From the IMG/VR virus record IMGVR_UViG_2061766007_000286: a DNA stretch of 64,000 nt, one strand, 5' to 3'. Each line of letters begins with the position of its first letter. The stretch's first letter is position 1. Position numbers and translations under genes: made by a program. This DNA comes from an uncultured virus (IMG/VR IMGVR_UViG_2061766007_000286). Taxonomy: Duplodnaviria > Heunggongvirae > Uroviricota > Caudoviricetes. Positions 1 to 9,962 of the stretch are shown here, one piece after another. Under the pieces are notes generated by a model. That model had not been told where the DNA came from. It was given only the letters and a program-made list of their open reading frames with translations, and made no database searches.

Positions 1-8
1 ATGGTCGA

Positions 9-233
9 TTAAGCCTTCACCATGACGTTCTGGCTGATGCGGAGCTTTTCACTCTTGTCAGCCTTGGCCGTCAGATGAATGCGATGCCGCTTGTCGGGAC
101 GGGCATCGGCGACCACCCACTTCTTCTGGGAAGTGATGTGGCGAACGACGTCGCCGTTGCGGAACTTGGCACCGCCACGAACTTCGATGGTGGTAACCTT
201 GCCGTTGACAAGTCGGATGTTCATCTTCTGCAT
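9..233 (-). CDS. small basic hypothetical protein (near-identical inverted copy at 10137-10363)
   Basis: ORF MQKMNIRLVNGK with AAAGGAG SD, directly downstream of the promoter at 281-310. Confidence 0.6.
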   Translation of the reverse strand: MQKMNIRLVNGKVTTIEVRGGAKFRNGDVVRHITSQKKWVVADARPDKRHRIHLTAKADKSEKLRISQNVMVKA

Positions 234-280
234 TTTGTCTTTCTCCTTTGTTGATTGTTGCTGGAATGTACCAGTACCAA

Positions 281-310
281 TAATATAGTATTTTCTGGGC
301 CGGTTGTCAA
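281..310 (-). promoter_or_regulatory. early-type promoter: -35 TTGACA, 17 bp, -10 TATATT within AAAATACTATATTA
   Basis: minus strand reads TTGACA-accggcccagaaaatac-TATATT; the core motif recurs about 20 times in the window. Confidence 0.8.
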
Positions 311-335
311 GCCTTTTCACCAGAAAAATACCGAT

Positions 336-725
336 TCATTTTAGCTTTTTGAGCCTTAGGAGAAGGCGTTGATGAGGAGCTCGAGGAACGCCTTGTAGGC
401 AGTGGTCAGAATAACCATTGCCCAAATCATCGTGAAGAANNNNNNNNNNAGAGAAGGCGTTGATGAGGAGCTCGAGGAATGCCTTGTAGGCAGTGGTCAG
501 AATAACCATTGCCCATATCATCGTGAAGAACCTGCCAGCCGTATTGAAGTTCGGCTTGAGGATGGTCTTGGTCTTCACCCGGTTGCATTCATCTCCTTCG
601 AACGTCCACTTCCAAAAGAAAGCGGATGCCAGGAAGAGAGGATACATCCAGAACGTGAGAACGGCGGAGACCACGACGAAGAGAACGTCGATGATCTTGA
701 GAACCGTATCGAAAACCTTTTGCAT
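336..725 (-). CDS. membrane protein, interrupted by an assembly gap
   Basis: two hydrophobic segments; AAGGAG SD; allelic duplication around the N gap at about 440. Confidence 0.5.
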   Translation of the reverse strand: MQKVFDTVLKIIDVLFVVVSAVLTFWMYPLFLASAFFWKWTFEGDECNRVKTKTILKPNFNTAGRFFTMIWAMVILTTAYKAFLELLINAFSXXXXLHDDLGNGYSDHCLQGVPRAPHQRLLLRLKKLK

Positions 726-947
726 TGTTCATTCTCCTTTCTTGAGTGTGTGAAGTTTGCCAAGCAGCTCGGCGCGCCTTTCGTCAAGATGCTTGGTTTC
801 GTATTCGTCGAGTGCCTGTTCCAGCAGCCACTCGTTTTCTTCAAGAGCATTGACGACGTTGTCAATCTCTCTTGCGTTTTTCATGCTAAACTCCTTTCCA
901 GTTGAGCTGGTTTTAAATGGAGGGGATCTCTCCCCTCCTTGATGTTC

Positions 948-1235
948 TTAGTTGTCGTATTCCCAATCGTTTCCGGGATCAATTTCTCCTTCGGGTTCGT
1001 TGTACGTTTCCTTCAGCTCTTCGATGAAGTCATCGCATTCAAACCAGACGAAGTCGTTGAGTTCCGTTGCGGAAGGAACCTTGTTGAAGGTGGCGAAATA
1101 TTCTTCGACGAACTCCCAGAATTCCTTCTGAGCCGCTTCCGGCAGAGAACGAACCTCGTCGATTCGATCCTTCGCCCCAGACCACCATTCGAAATCGTCA
1201 ATGCTTTCGGCTTCCTCTTCCTTGTAATAACGCAT
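948..1235 (-). CDS. acidic phage hypothetical protein
   Basis: ORF with FEWWSGA...TELNDFVWFE; very D/E-rich; GAGGAAGG SD. Confidence 0.6.
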   Translation of the reverse strand: MRYYKEEEAESIDDFEWWSGAKDRIDEVRSLPEAAQKEFWEFVEEYFATFNKVPSATELNDFVWFECDDFIEELKETYNEPEGEIDPGNDWEYDN

Positions 1236-1272
1236 ACCTTCCTCGTGGGATGTGCTGTCTGTTGTTTATAGA

Positions 1273-1560
1273 TCAGCCGTCCAGGGCGATCGTCTGTCGA
1301 GAGATGTCCCATACGATTCGCACCCGCCACTTGCCGTTTTCGGGGCTTTGAAGACACTTGTCTTTCGCAATGGCACGCCATTCTTCCTTTGGAAGCTTGT
1401 CAGGATCGTCGTAGATCTTGCAATTTCCATTGTAGTCCTTCAAGACGAATTTGGCTGCAGCTTCCAGGGAAGTGAAAGCCTTTCCGAACGAGACGAGCTG
1501 ACCCCATTCATCATCGCGCAGAGCTCCTTTCACCAACCAGAGAACGACTTTCTTTGCCAT
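1273..1560 (-). CDS. hypothetical protein
   Basis: ORF with AAGGAGG SD, co-oriented with its neighbours. Confidence 0.55.
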   Translation of the reverse strand: MAKKVVLWLVKGALRDDEWGQLVSFGKAFTSLEAAAKFVLKDYNGNCKIYDDPDKLPKEEWRAIAKDKCLQSPENGKWRVRIVWDISRQTIALDG

Positions 1561-1582
1561 CTCGAACCTCCTTTTATTCGGA

Positions 1583-1861
1583 TCACGCCCTTTCCAGGGC
1601 GCGTCCGTTGTGGATGAGTGCTTCCTTCAGGCGTTCCCTGATCTCGATTTCCATGTCACAGGGAAAATCGACAGAGGGAACCACGACATTGAATCCATCG
1701 ACAACCACAGGAGCCTTGAAGAAGACTTCATCGTAGGCGCCGTTGTTTTCGATCGTGACGCTGAGCCCGTTGATGGAAACTCCGTTCACCACGATGTCGA
1801 CGATGCAGTTTCCAGAGCTTTCGACATGCCTGACGTGCTTGACGCTGATGTTGTTCGGCAT
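1583..1861 (-). CDS. divergent SpoVG-like protein
   Basis: starts MPNNISVKHVRHV after GAGGAAG; pattern IVDIVVNGVSINGLSV...VFFKAP...EIRERLKEAL parallels the SpoVG at 13457. Confidence 0.45.
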   Translation of the reverse strand: MPNNISVKHVRHVESSGNCIVDIVVNGVSINGLSVTIENNGAYDEVFFKAPVVVDGFNVVVPSVDFPCDMEIEIRERLKEALIHNGRALERA

Positions 1862-2085
1862 TTCTTCCTCCTTTTTACTTGCCGCCTGCCTGCAGGTAGG
1901 CAATGGCTTCGGTGCATTTCTTCCACCAGTTCTCGTCCTTGGGGAACGAGAGAACGAGATCTCCGTCTTCTTCAACAATCTCGACCCGGCTGTTGTCGCC
2001 GGCGATGAAGTTGATGACTCTGATCCCTTCGATTCCACTGGCTTCTTCGACGAAAGAAGCTGCTTCCCTGTCGGAATAGTGCTTC

Positions 2086-2763
2086 TTAGCGACGGACGCG
2101 AGAGCGGCGATGATGTTTGCGTTCAGCATTGGAACCTCCTTTGTTGTTCGTTTCATTGCAATGATCGAAGATGGATTCATATCCATTCCGACTTACCACC
2201 AGACTGTCGAGAACCTTGATGCCGACGACCTGTCCGACTTCGATCAGGTTCTTGGTGACGTCGATGTCCTCCTGGCTGGGGGTGGTGGATCCACCAGGAT
2301 GGTTGTGAGCGACGATGATGGACACGGCGCCGTTGATCATCGCCGGTGCGAACACCTGCGACGGATTCACCAGACACCTATTGACCGTTCCGACCGCGGC
2401 GTCGTACTTTTCAATCACCTCGTGGGAACTGTTGAGCGCGAGACAGCGGAAGTGTTCGATCGGCTGATCCTTCAGATCTCCGAGAGCGTGGACCGCGGCC
2501 TCTGACTTGTTCACCACGAAACCCGTTCCACAATGCAGGATACCCTTGGTCCCGATGGAGATGAGAGCGGAGATCCTCTTCGCGTCTTCTTCTCCGAAAC
2601 CGGCGCCTCGGATATCTTCCACAGAGGGAACTTCACGGAGATTCGAGAGATACTTGGCCGTCTTGGCGCCTAACCTCTTTCCGAAAACCGTTTCGAGTTC
2701 CGGTGTGATTGTACCTGGACGTTCGCTGGCGGAATTGAGTTCGTAAACGACATTGCCCTTCAA
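2086..2763 (-). CDS. radC: RadC/JAB-domain protein
   Basis: EHFRCLALN, GTVNRCLVNPSQVF and the HNHPGGSTTPSQED JAB motif; probable TTG start after AAAGGAGG. Confidence 0.85.
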   Translation of the reverse strand: MKGNVVYELNSASERPGTITPELETVFGKRLGAKTAKYLSNLREVPSVEDIRGAGFGEEDAKRISALISIGTKGILHCGTGFVVNKSEAAVHALGDLKDQPIEHFRCLALNSSHEVIEKYDAAVGTVNRCLVNPSQVFAPAMINGAVSIIVAHNHPGGSTTPSQEDIDVTKNLIEVGQVVGIKVLDSLVVSRNGYESIFDHCNETNNKGGSNAERKHHRRSRVRR

Positions 2764-2804
2764 TTTACGCCTCCTTTCAGTTGAATGTTGCTGCCCTCCT
2801 ATCA

Positions 2805-2834
2805 TAATATAGTATTTCCAGACCCGCTTGTCAA
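2805..2834 (-). promoter_or_regulatory. early-type promoter TTGACA-N17-TATATT
   Basis: same architecture as 281-310; upstream of radC. Confidence 0.8.
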
Positions 2835-3115
2835 GTATTTCCGCCAATCATGCAGTCGATAAAGGCAAGTGGCTTGGAAGATCCATACTTGTCATTGCAG
2901 ATTCGGTAACCTTCCTTGACCCCGTTGTACTCGTTCTTCGCCTTCTTGACTTCATTGTTGACGGTATTACCCGTTCGTTTGACGCTCTTGTGGATCGTCT
3001 TGGTGGTCTTGTCAATATCCTTTGCAGCATCAGTCGGTGATTCGTTCTTCACATAGCAGAACGCGACGAACATGATGATGAAAAGGATGATGAGTTTCTT
3101 AAGCAGTCCGAACAT
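2831..3115 (-). CDS. membrane-anchored hypothetical protein
   Basis: N-terminal hydrophobic helix; AAAGGAGG SD with a CAA-rich leader. Confidence 0.6.
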   Translation of the reverse strand: MFGLLKKLIILFIIMFVAFCYVKNESPTDAAKDIDKTTKTIHKSVKRTGNTVNNEVKKAKNEYNGVKEGYRICNDKYGSSKPLAFIDCMIGGNT

Positions 3116-3168
3116 GTGTTTGACCTCCTTTAGTTGTTTGAGTTGTTTGAGTTTCTTGTTACTTCGTC

Positions 3169-3963
3169 TTAAGCGATCTTGATGAGTTTCAAAACTGGCA
3201 TCTCATTCAAGAGTATCTCACCGGTGGCAGCGATTTTTTCTGCTCCACATTCTCTTGCAACACCAATTGACACCTTCAAGTCTCGTGCCCATTGAGGAGG
3301 AAGCTCATTGACTTCATACTCAGTGTACATTTCCTCGATGGTACCAATGATGTTCTTGGCCAACATCAGTTTGTCGGTGGCGGTTTCCATGAGAACCTGA
3401 TGCTTGAAGTTCTCATAGTCAGCAAAACCACTGACAACCTTGTTGTATTCTTCTTCGCTCGGGAATCCGAACACGCATTTTCTGCAAAGTTCGTGATCAG
3501 GTCCGAGTGCTCTGACATAATGGAATCCATCGTCTTCTAGAACAGAAATGCCACGACCGATGAATGTCTTGGCATACTCGCTCGGTACCGGAGTTCCACC
3601 GTGCTTTTTGAAGTAATGCTCAATGGCACCGCTAGCTTCGACCCAGTACCAACTATTGAATCCCTTGATGTCATCCTTGATGATTTCCACAACACCCTCC
3701 TTGTATCGAGGATGTGCCGGAACACCGGTGATCCCGGTCATTTTCTTTCCACCAAAAGAATTGCTGTAGATCGAGCAAGCGGAATAACCATCTTCGTCGT
3801 ATGCAAATTTCACTTCGACTGTAGTTTTTCGAAGATGCTTGTCAGAAGCTGGTCCATGCCACTTGCTGTTCAGAAAATACGTGTATCCTGCATCCAGAAT
3901 CTTTCTGACTTCTGGAAGTACCGTGGCGATTTCTTCAGGGTCTGTTACTTTTGCGAGCTTCAT
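3169..3963 (-). CDS. hypothetical protein
   Basis: 264-aa ORF with AAGGAGG SD. Confidence 0.65.
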   Translation of the reverse strand: MKLAKVTDPEEIATVLPEVRKILDAGYTYFLNSKWHGPASDKHLRKTTVEVKFAYDEDGYSACSIYSNSFGGKKMTGITGVPAHPRYKEGVVEIIKDDIKGFNSWYWVEASGAIEHYFKKHGGTPVPSEYAKTFIGRGISVLEDDGFHYVRALGPDHELCRKCVFGFPSEEEYNKVVSGFADYENFKHQVLMETATDKLMLAKNIIGTIEEMYTEYEVNELPPQWARDLKVSIGVARECGAEKIAATGEILLNEMPVLKLIKIA

Positions 3964-4053
3964 GTGACCTCCTTGAGTAAATATACACTCCTTGGAGAGA
4001 ACTGTTGCAAGAATCTTTGTAAAAATCTTGCTAACATTCGGTTGTTTGAGTTT

Positions 4054-4458
4054 TTAGATGTGGGAGCAGGTGACAAACACCCATGCCTTCTTGTCATCTC
4101 TGCTGAGAGGGACGGACTTGAAAGTACTGGCACATACCTTATCCCAACTCCAGTCTTCGGTGACGATGAGGAATCCCTCGAACATTTCTTTCAGCTTTCG
4201 AGGAGGAATGCCCAGTTCTTCGAATTCTTCCCAGGTGATCCCGTTGTAAACCTTGGTACCGTTTCCATCGGACCAATAGGTATTTTCCGGATCCACACCT
4301 GGTTCGTCATGGAGAGGCTTGGGACCATAGCAGTAATCCCACATACCTTCCTCATTATCTTCCCAACAAAGAGCTCCGTCATTGCAGAGATAAGAGTAGA
4401 TCTCGTAAGCTTCTTCTCGAGTATTCGCTTCGACACGGAAAGCAAAACCAACGTGCAT
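4054..4458 (-). CDS. acidic hypothetical protein
   Basis: ORF with AAAGGAGG SD and a CAA-rich leader. Confidence 0.6.
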   Translation of the reverse strand: MHVGFAFRVEANTREEAYEIYSYLCNDGALCWEDNEEGMWDYCYGPKPLHDEPGVDPENTYWSDGNGTKVYNGITWEEFEELGIPPRKLKEMFEGFLIVTEDWSWDKVCASTFKSVPLSRDDKKAWVFVTCSHI

Positions 4459-4499
4459 GTCAGACCTCCTTTAGTTGTTTGAGTTGTTTGAGTTTCTTG

Positions 4500-4847
4500 T
4501 TACTTGTTCTTCTTTGTGTGCCGAGCGTTCTTCTTGTTGATCACCCGGCGCTTGTTGATGCAGTTGTTTCGCAGAAGGTTGATCTTCTTCAGATCCCTCT
4601 TCAGTTCCCGTTTCGTTTCATCATCTGGAGCGAGGTTCGCCGTCATCCGCGACACGACCTTGCTGACCGGATAGTAAACGCTCATCAGGAAGACGATCGC
4701 GAACAACACGCTGACGATCAGATGTTCCATTACGTTCACCGGATTCGAAAGCGGGATCAACATGTTCACGTAAACCGTGAGCAACACGATCAGCAGGTAG
4801 ACGCAGATGGCGAACATGCCCGCGATCACTTTGAGAAGTCGTTCCAT
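4500..4847 (-). CDS. two-TM membrane protein with basic C-terminus (homologue at 6604-6978)
   Basis: two hydrophobic helices; AAGGAG SD. Confidence 0.65.
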   Translation of the reverse strand: MERLLKVIAGMFAICVYLLIVLLTVYVNMLIPLSNPVNVMEHLIVSVLFAIVFLMSVYYPVSKVVSRMTANLAPDDETKRELKRDLKKINLLRNNCINKRRVINKKNARHTKKNK

Positions 4848-4886
4848 TCGGTTCTCCTTTGGAAATGGTTTCCAGTTTGGTGGTTT

Positions 4887-6038
4887 CTAATAGAGCGCGC
4901 CGGTATTATCCACGGTTCGGCAGAGCAGCACGCAGGCTCTGCTGAAGATTTTTTCGCGATCCTCTTTTGTGAGATTAGAGTCGAAGGTATCGGGCCTGTT
5001 GGGGCGTTCAGTCGTGAGAAGACTGAGATACCTGGATTCGACCTTTCCATCGATGACAAGGAAGAAAGTGCAGACGGTATCTCGCCGAGTCTGTCCGACA
5101 TGCGTCGTAGGAATCGCGAAACCGGATGCACCGAGTTCCTCATCCCTGGTACCGTCCATCATCGCGAAGTCGGAACTGTTCGTCTTCCATCCAGAGTTCT
5201 TGTCGATGAGAGCGGCCGTGGAGAGATAACCACCCCAGCGATTGAGCTTCATCGGCCAGATGTCGACCGTTTCATTGAGGGTAGGCAGCCTCCATCCGTA
5301 GGGGATGATGTCCTTCAGACGATCATACCCTTCGATTCGATCGATCGTTCCGTCTTCATCCATTCCGAACTTGATCGGAGTGGCGAGCCATTCCGTGTCC
5401 TTGATGCGAACGGTCCTGTAGACGTTTCCATCACGATCGTCCGTCCAGGTGTTCAGTCTTTTCGAAATGATGTTCCCGTTCGGGAAAAGTGTTTCGAAAG
5501 TTTCAACCAGGTCGTCGATCGTTCTGAACTCGTATCCGTGACACTTATAGTGGTTGAAGAAGGTGTTGTTCCCATTCTTCTTCTTGCAGCTGATGGTAAT
5601 AAAATCGACGCTGCTCCCGAAAAGGAAGTTTTCGAATCCGATCTTGGTTACGATCCGGCTGAGCCTCTTTTCAGGATATTCGATGCCGCTTTCTGCATAC
5701 GCCTTGAGGAGGAACTTGAGACCTTCGAGTCCCAGACGATCTTCCCCGAACATGTAGAGGGCGTTGGCGATGATGTCGTCGACGGGAACTTTCTTCCTCT
5801 CCTTCGAATTCCCGCTTACGCTGAGCAGGCCGCCGAGGATTCGGAAAGCCTTGTACTGGAAGAAATACTTAATCGATCGATCGCTGACGATCCTTCCCCA
5901 CGGAATGCCGAGAAGAGCGGCATTGATCATGAACTCGCCGTAACTCTTGTTGTTCTTGATGATGTGCTCGAGCTCGGGAGTGGAACTGGCGATGTACTTC
6001 TCGCGAAACTTGCTCATGTCATACAGAGTGATCGTCAT
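4887..6038 (-). CDS. FISUMP (Fibrobacter succinogenes major paralogous) domain-like protein
   Basis: C-terminal half has WTDDRDGNVYRTVRIKDTEWL...PYGWRLPT, matching the family pattern TDxRDGxxYxTVxIGxQxW...PxGWxLP. Confidence 0.7.
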   Translation of the reverse strand: MTITLYDMSKFREKYIASSTPELEHIIKNNKSYGEFMINAALLGIPWGRIVSDRSIKYFFQYKAFRILGGLLSVSGNSKERKKVPVDDIIANALYMFGEDRLGLEGLKFLLKAYAESGIEYPEKRLSRIVTKIGFENFLFGSSVDFITISCKKKNGNNTFFNHYKCHGYEFRTIDDLVETFETLFPNGNIISKRLNTWTDDRDGNVYRTVRIKDTEWLATPIKFGMDEDGTIDRIEGYDRLKDIIPYGWRLPTLNETVDIWPMKLNRWGGYLSTAALIDKNSGWKTNSSDFAMMDGTRDEELGASGFAIPTTHVGQTRRDTVCTFFLVIDGKVESRYLSLLTTERPNRPDTFDSNLTKEDREKIFSRACVLLCRTVDNTGALY

Positions 6039-6320
6039 GGTCGCTCCTCCTTTACGTTTCAAGTCCTTCTCGAATCACCTTTTCCATCAGCTCGCGGCCA
6101 AGCTGACGCTCGTGTTCCATTTCAGCGACGACGGATTCATGCAGACTGGGGAAGTTTTCTTTCAGATTCCGCATGTATTCAGGGCTGCGTCGTTCAACAA
6201 ACGTCTGCCAGCCTGGCGTGAACAATACGTTTTCGATGTCTTCCATTTCAGTCCTCCATGGTTTAGTTGAGTTAAATTGACCCCGGCGGGCGACAATTCG
6301 CTGCACCGGGGTCATTTCAT

Positions 6321-6635
6321 TTAACCGTCGATGTTGATCGTCGTTTCTTCGAACAGCGGTGCCGTATCGAACTTGATGGTGAGGATGCCGAGCTCGAGGG
6401 AAACCTTCGGAGGGAAGACGACCTTGCGCTGGAGGCATCCGAGGTTGATCGATTCCGACTTGGCGATGTTGAATTCCTTGGATTCGGCATCGCAATCCGG
6501 GCGATCGATGCTGACCTTGAGGGTCTTTTCACCGGTCCGCTGGACGTGAATCTGTTCCTTGGGAACACCGGGAACGAAGAGTCGGATGACAAGCTTGTCG
6601 TCTTCATTCTTGGTTTCGGTCTTCAGGATGCGGGA
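6321..6635 (-). CDS. Hsp20/alpha-crystallin-like small heat-shock protein, 5' end lost in gap (not in ORF track)
   Basis: my translation: ...KLVIRLFVPGVPKEQIHVQ...VSLELGILTIKFD...TINIDG*; PGVxKExI and GxLxI motifs. Confidence 0.65.
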   Translation of the reverse strand, partial: SRILKTETKNEDDKLVIRLFVPGVPKEQIHVQRTGEKTLKVSIDRPDCDAESKEFNIAKSESINLGCLQRKVVFPPKVSLELGILTIKFDTAPLFEETTINIDG

Positions 6636-6978
6636 NNNNNNNNNNTGCGTGCCGAGCGTTCTTCTTGCTGATCACTCGACGTTTGTTGATGCAGTTGTTT
6701 CGAATCAGGTTGATCTTCTTGATCTCCTTCTTCAGCTCCCGCTTGGCGTCTTCGTTCGGCGAAAGATTTTCGGCAGCCCGCGACATGATTTTGCTCACGG
6801 GATAATAAACGCTCAGCAGGAACACGATCGCGAACAAGACACAAACGATCAAATGTTCCATCACGTTCACCGCGTTGTTGCACGGAATCAGCATGTTCAC
6901 ATACGCTGTCAGCAGAATGATCAGCAGATAGACGCACACGGCGAACATGCCCGAGATCACTTTGAGAAGTCGTTCCAT
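6604..6978 (-). CDS. two-TM membrane protein (homologue of 4500-4847; 3' end in gap)
   Basis: MERLLKVI..., highly similar to 4500-4847. Confidence 0.6.
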   Translation of the reverse strand: MERLLKVISGMFAVCVYLLIILLTAYVNMLIPCNNAVNVMEHLIVCVLFAIVFLLSVYYPVSKIMSRAAENLSPNEDAKRELKKEIKKINLIRNNCINKRRVISKKNARHAXXXXPHPEDRNQE

Positions 6979-7016
6979 TCGGTTCTCCTTTGGAAGTTAC
7001 TTCCAGGTTGGTGGTT

Positions 7017-8096
7017 TTATTTCTCGCGATTCACGTCCCTGCAGAGAAGAACACAACTCTTGTAGAACATGAGTGCGGTATCGATGGTGTTCCTGAAATC
7101 TTTTCGAATGACGTCGGTCTTGACAGGACCGTCATCGCACAAACGAAGACAACGCTGCTCTGGAACCTTTTCTCCTTGGACGAAGAACGAACACAGAGTG
7201 CTCAGCCTGCTTGCTCCGACATGAGTCGGCTTGATCTTGAGTCCGGAGGAACCAAGTTCTTCTTCCTTCGAGATCTGAAGCATCCCGAAATCGGCAGGAG
7301 AAATATTCCATCCGGAATCCTTGTCAACGACAGCTGCGGTGGAGAAAGAACAATACGAACACGTTACCGGCCAGATCTTCTCGGCATCTTTCTCGGTCGG
7401 CAGGCGCCATCCATTCGGGATGATCTTCTTGCAGTTCTTTTGGAAGTCGCCGAGGGTGATCTTTCCGTCTTCGTCCATGCCATACTTGAGAGGAACTGAG
7501 ATCCACTCGAGATTCATGAGACGAGCAGTGTCGTAAACTTCTCCATCACGATCGTCCGTCCAAGTTCCTCGGCGGCTGGGAACCAGGTTCTCGTTCGGGA
7601 AAAGACGATTGAAAAGCTCGATCGTCTTGTCCACATACAAGAAGTTCCCGCCGACGAAATCAACGTCCTCGTAGATGCGATCGTTGAATTTGATGTTGTT
7701 CAAGACATTTTTGACAATGTCGAGAGCGTTTGGATAGCTTTCAGCAGCGGCCGTAACGATAAGTTCGAACCTTTGGAAATCCATCCTGCACTGAAGAAAA
7801 TTGGAGAAGACATCCGTCAAAATGTTTTCGACAGGAGGCTTCTTCTTTTCAATCTTTCCTCGACGAAGAATTCCCGCAATGATCCTGGACGCTTTGTTGA
7901 AGAAGATGTATGCCAGAGAACTGTCGCCGATAATCCAATTCCAAGTGATGCCGGCGAGCGTACATTGAATCATGAAGGCGCCGAAGTTGTTTTCTCGGAT
8001 CGCCTTTTCCATTTCAGTGGTGGATCTCGTGCTGTGATAAAGCGGACGATCACGCCCGAGCTTGTTACCACGGGAATAAGGATAGGTGAGGGGCAT
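7017..8096 (-). CDS. FISUMP domain-like protein (homologue of 4887-6038)
   Basis: WTDDRDGEVYDTARL...IPNGWRLPT; AAAGGAG SD. Confidence 0.7.
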   Translation of the reverse strand: MPLTYPYSRGNKLGRDRPLYHSTRSTTEMEKAIRENNFGAFMIQCTLAGITWNWIIGDSSLAYIFFNKASRIIAGILRRGKIEKKKPPVENILTDVFSNFLQCRMDFQRFELIVTAAAESYPNALDIVKNVLNNIKFNDRIYEDVDFVGGNFLYVDKTIELFNRLFPNENLVPSRRGTWTDDRDGEVYDTARLMNLEWISVPLKYGMDEDGKITLGDFQKNCKKIIPNGWRLPTEKDAEKIWPVTCSYCSFSTAAVVDKDSGWNISPADFGMLQISKEEELGSSGLKIKPTHVGASRLSTLCSFFVQGEKVPEQRCLRLCDDGPVKTDVIRKDFRNTIDTALMFYKSCVLLCRDVNREK

Positions 8097-8150
8097 GTTG
8101 TTCTCCTTTAGTTGTTTGAGTTTCTTTTGAAGTTGGAGGAATGGGGAGTT

Positions 8151-8453
8151 TTACTCCCCTCCTATGTGTTCGATGATCTTCCACCCTTCGATCACGTAAA
8201 CTCCGTTGTCGCCCTGATCTCCCAAGTTGCTGAACTTGTCGATCCCGACAGAGAGTCCATGATCGCCGAACATATCGCACGCTTCCTTGACCATCCATGC
8301 CCAGCCGTAACTGGGATCTGAGTCGGGCGTACGATAACCTTCGGATTCACACTTGGCGAGGAGAGCCTCGACATCTTCAGGGCTCCCTGCCCAATGAAGA
8401 TAAAGAGCGAGTCCGTCTTCGTCCTTGGTTCTGATAACTGCACGATTGCCCAT
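8151..8453 (-). CDS. phage hypothetical protein (MGNRA...YLHW type)
   Basis: ORF with AAAGGAGG SD. Confidence 0.65.
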   Translation of the reverse strand: MGNRAVIRTKDEDGLALYLHWAGSPEDVEALLAKCESEGYRTPDSDPSYGWAWMVKEACDMFGDHGLSVGIDKFSNLGDQGDNGVYVIEGWKIIEHIGGE

Positions 8454-8464
8454 GTTGTCCTCCT

Positions 8465-8827
8465 TTAGTTGTTGTACTCGTTCTTCAGTTCTTCATAGGA
8501 TTTCGGTACGATACCGAACCTATCACATGCATCCTCTGTCGCAATGTCTTTTCCATCGATGGAACAATTGTCCACCTCATGGTCGTCGTCATCTGAGATA
8601 TAAACCCCGCAGTAAGTGAGATGACCATCCGGATGGATCAGGATGTCGATGGAAACGACGAGCTCGTTGTCGTGGATATCCTTAACTGTTGCGGTGAATA
8701 TCTGCTCCATCAGTTCATCTTCCTGATTGCAAACATCATAATCCCAGCGCGCCGTTTTCAGATTTCCAAGCGGGACCTCCCACATGTTGTCGAACCTTCC
8801 GGTGAATGTCATGACATTTTTGCTCAT
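8465..8827 (-). CDS. acidic hypothetical protein
   Basis: co-oriented ORF with purine-rich SD. Confidence 0.55.
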   Translation of the reverse strand: MSKNVMTFTGRFDNMWEVPLGNLKTARWDYDVCNQEDELMEQIFTATVKDIHDNELVVSIDILIHPDGHLTYCGVYISDDDDHEVDNCSIDGKDIATEDACDRFGIVPKSYEELKNEYNN

Positions 8828-9867
8828 ATTAACCCCCTTTAGTTGTCGATTTCAGGCTGTTTTATCATTTTGCCGACGTCGGCAAAATGGTCTTGTTACT
8901 TGTTCTTCTTTGTGTGCCGAGCGTTCTTCTTGTTGATCACNNNNNNNNNNNNNNNNNNNNNNNNNNNNNNNNNNNNNNNNNNNNNNNNNNNNNNNNNNNN
9001 NNNNNNNNNNNNNNNNNNNNNNNNNNNNNNNNNNNNNNNNNNNNNNNNNNNNNNNNNNNNNNNNNNNNNNNNNNNNNNNNNNNNNNNNNNNNNNNNNNNN
9101 NNNNNNNNNNNNNNNNNNNNNNNNNNNNNNNNNNNNNNNNNNNNNNNNNNNNNNNNNNNNNNNNNNNNNNNNNNNNNNNNNNNNNNNNNNNNNNNNNNNN
9201 NNNNNNNNNNNNNNNNNNNNNNNNNNNNNNNNNNNNNNNNNNNNNNNNNNNNNNNNNNNNNNNNNNNNNNNNNNNNNNNNNNNNNNNNNNNNNNNNNNNN
9301 NNNNNNNNNNNNNNNNNNNNNNNNNNNNNNNNNNNNNNNNNNNNNNNNNNNNNNNNNNNNNNNNNNNNNNNNNNNNNNNNNNNNNNNNNNNNNNNNNNNN
9401 NNNNNNNNNNNNNNNNNNNNNNNNNNNNNNNNNNNNNNNNNNNNNNNNNNNNNNNNNNNNNNNNNNNNNNNNNNNNNNNNNNNNNNNNNNNNNNNNNNNN
9501 NNNNNNNNNNNNNNNNNNNNNNNNNNNNNNNNNNNNNNNNNNNNNNNNNNNNNNNNNNNNNNNNNNNNNNNNNNNNNNNNNNNNNNNNNNNNNNNNNNNN
9601 NNNNNNNNNNNNNNNNNNNNNNNNNNNNNNNNNNNNNNNNNNNNNNNNNNNNNNNNNNNNNNNNNNNNNNNNNNNNNNNNNNNNNNNNNNNNNNNNNNNN
9701 NNNNNNNNNNNNNNNNNNNNNNNNNNNNNNNNNNNNNNNNNNNNNNNNNNNNNNNNNNNNNNNNNNNNNNNNNNNNNNNNNNNNNNNNNNNNNNNNNNNN
9801 NNNNNNNNNNNNNNNNNNNNNNNNNNNNNNNNNNNNNNNNNNNNNNNNNNNNNNNNNNNNNNNNNNN

Positions 9868-9951
9868 CGGGTACCAATGACTTCCTCCTAACCGAAACAA
9901 GCCAAGCTCTGTTCAACCAAACGTTGAGCAGAGCAAAGCCATTGGTACCCG
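9868..9951 (+). ncRNA. stem-closed small structured RNA upstream of tRNA-Arg
   Basis: CGGGTACCAATG/CATTGGTACCCG closing stem, inner GCTCTGTTCAAC/GTTGAGCAGAGC hairpin, asymmetric bulge containing CCTCCT. Confidence 0.5.
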
Positions 9952-9962
9952 ATTAAATTTTT

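Noticed and set aside
4479..6221. 580-aa plus-strand ORF and similar long antisense ORFs (12491-13645, 56417-57349, 58152-59240)
   Set aside because: Shadow frames of well-supported genes on the opposite strand, with no recognisable motifs
8843..9916. ORFs spanning long N runs (also 37479-38296)
   Set aside because: Translation of gap characters
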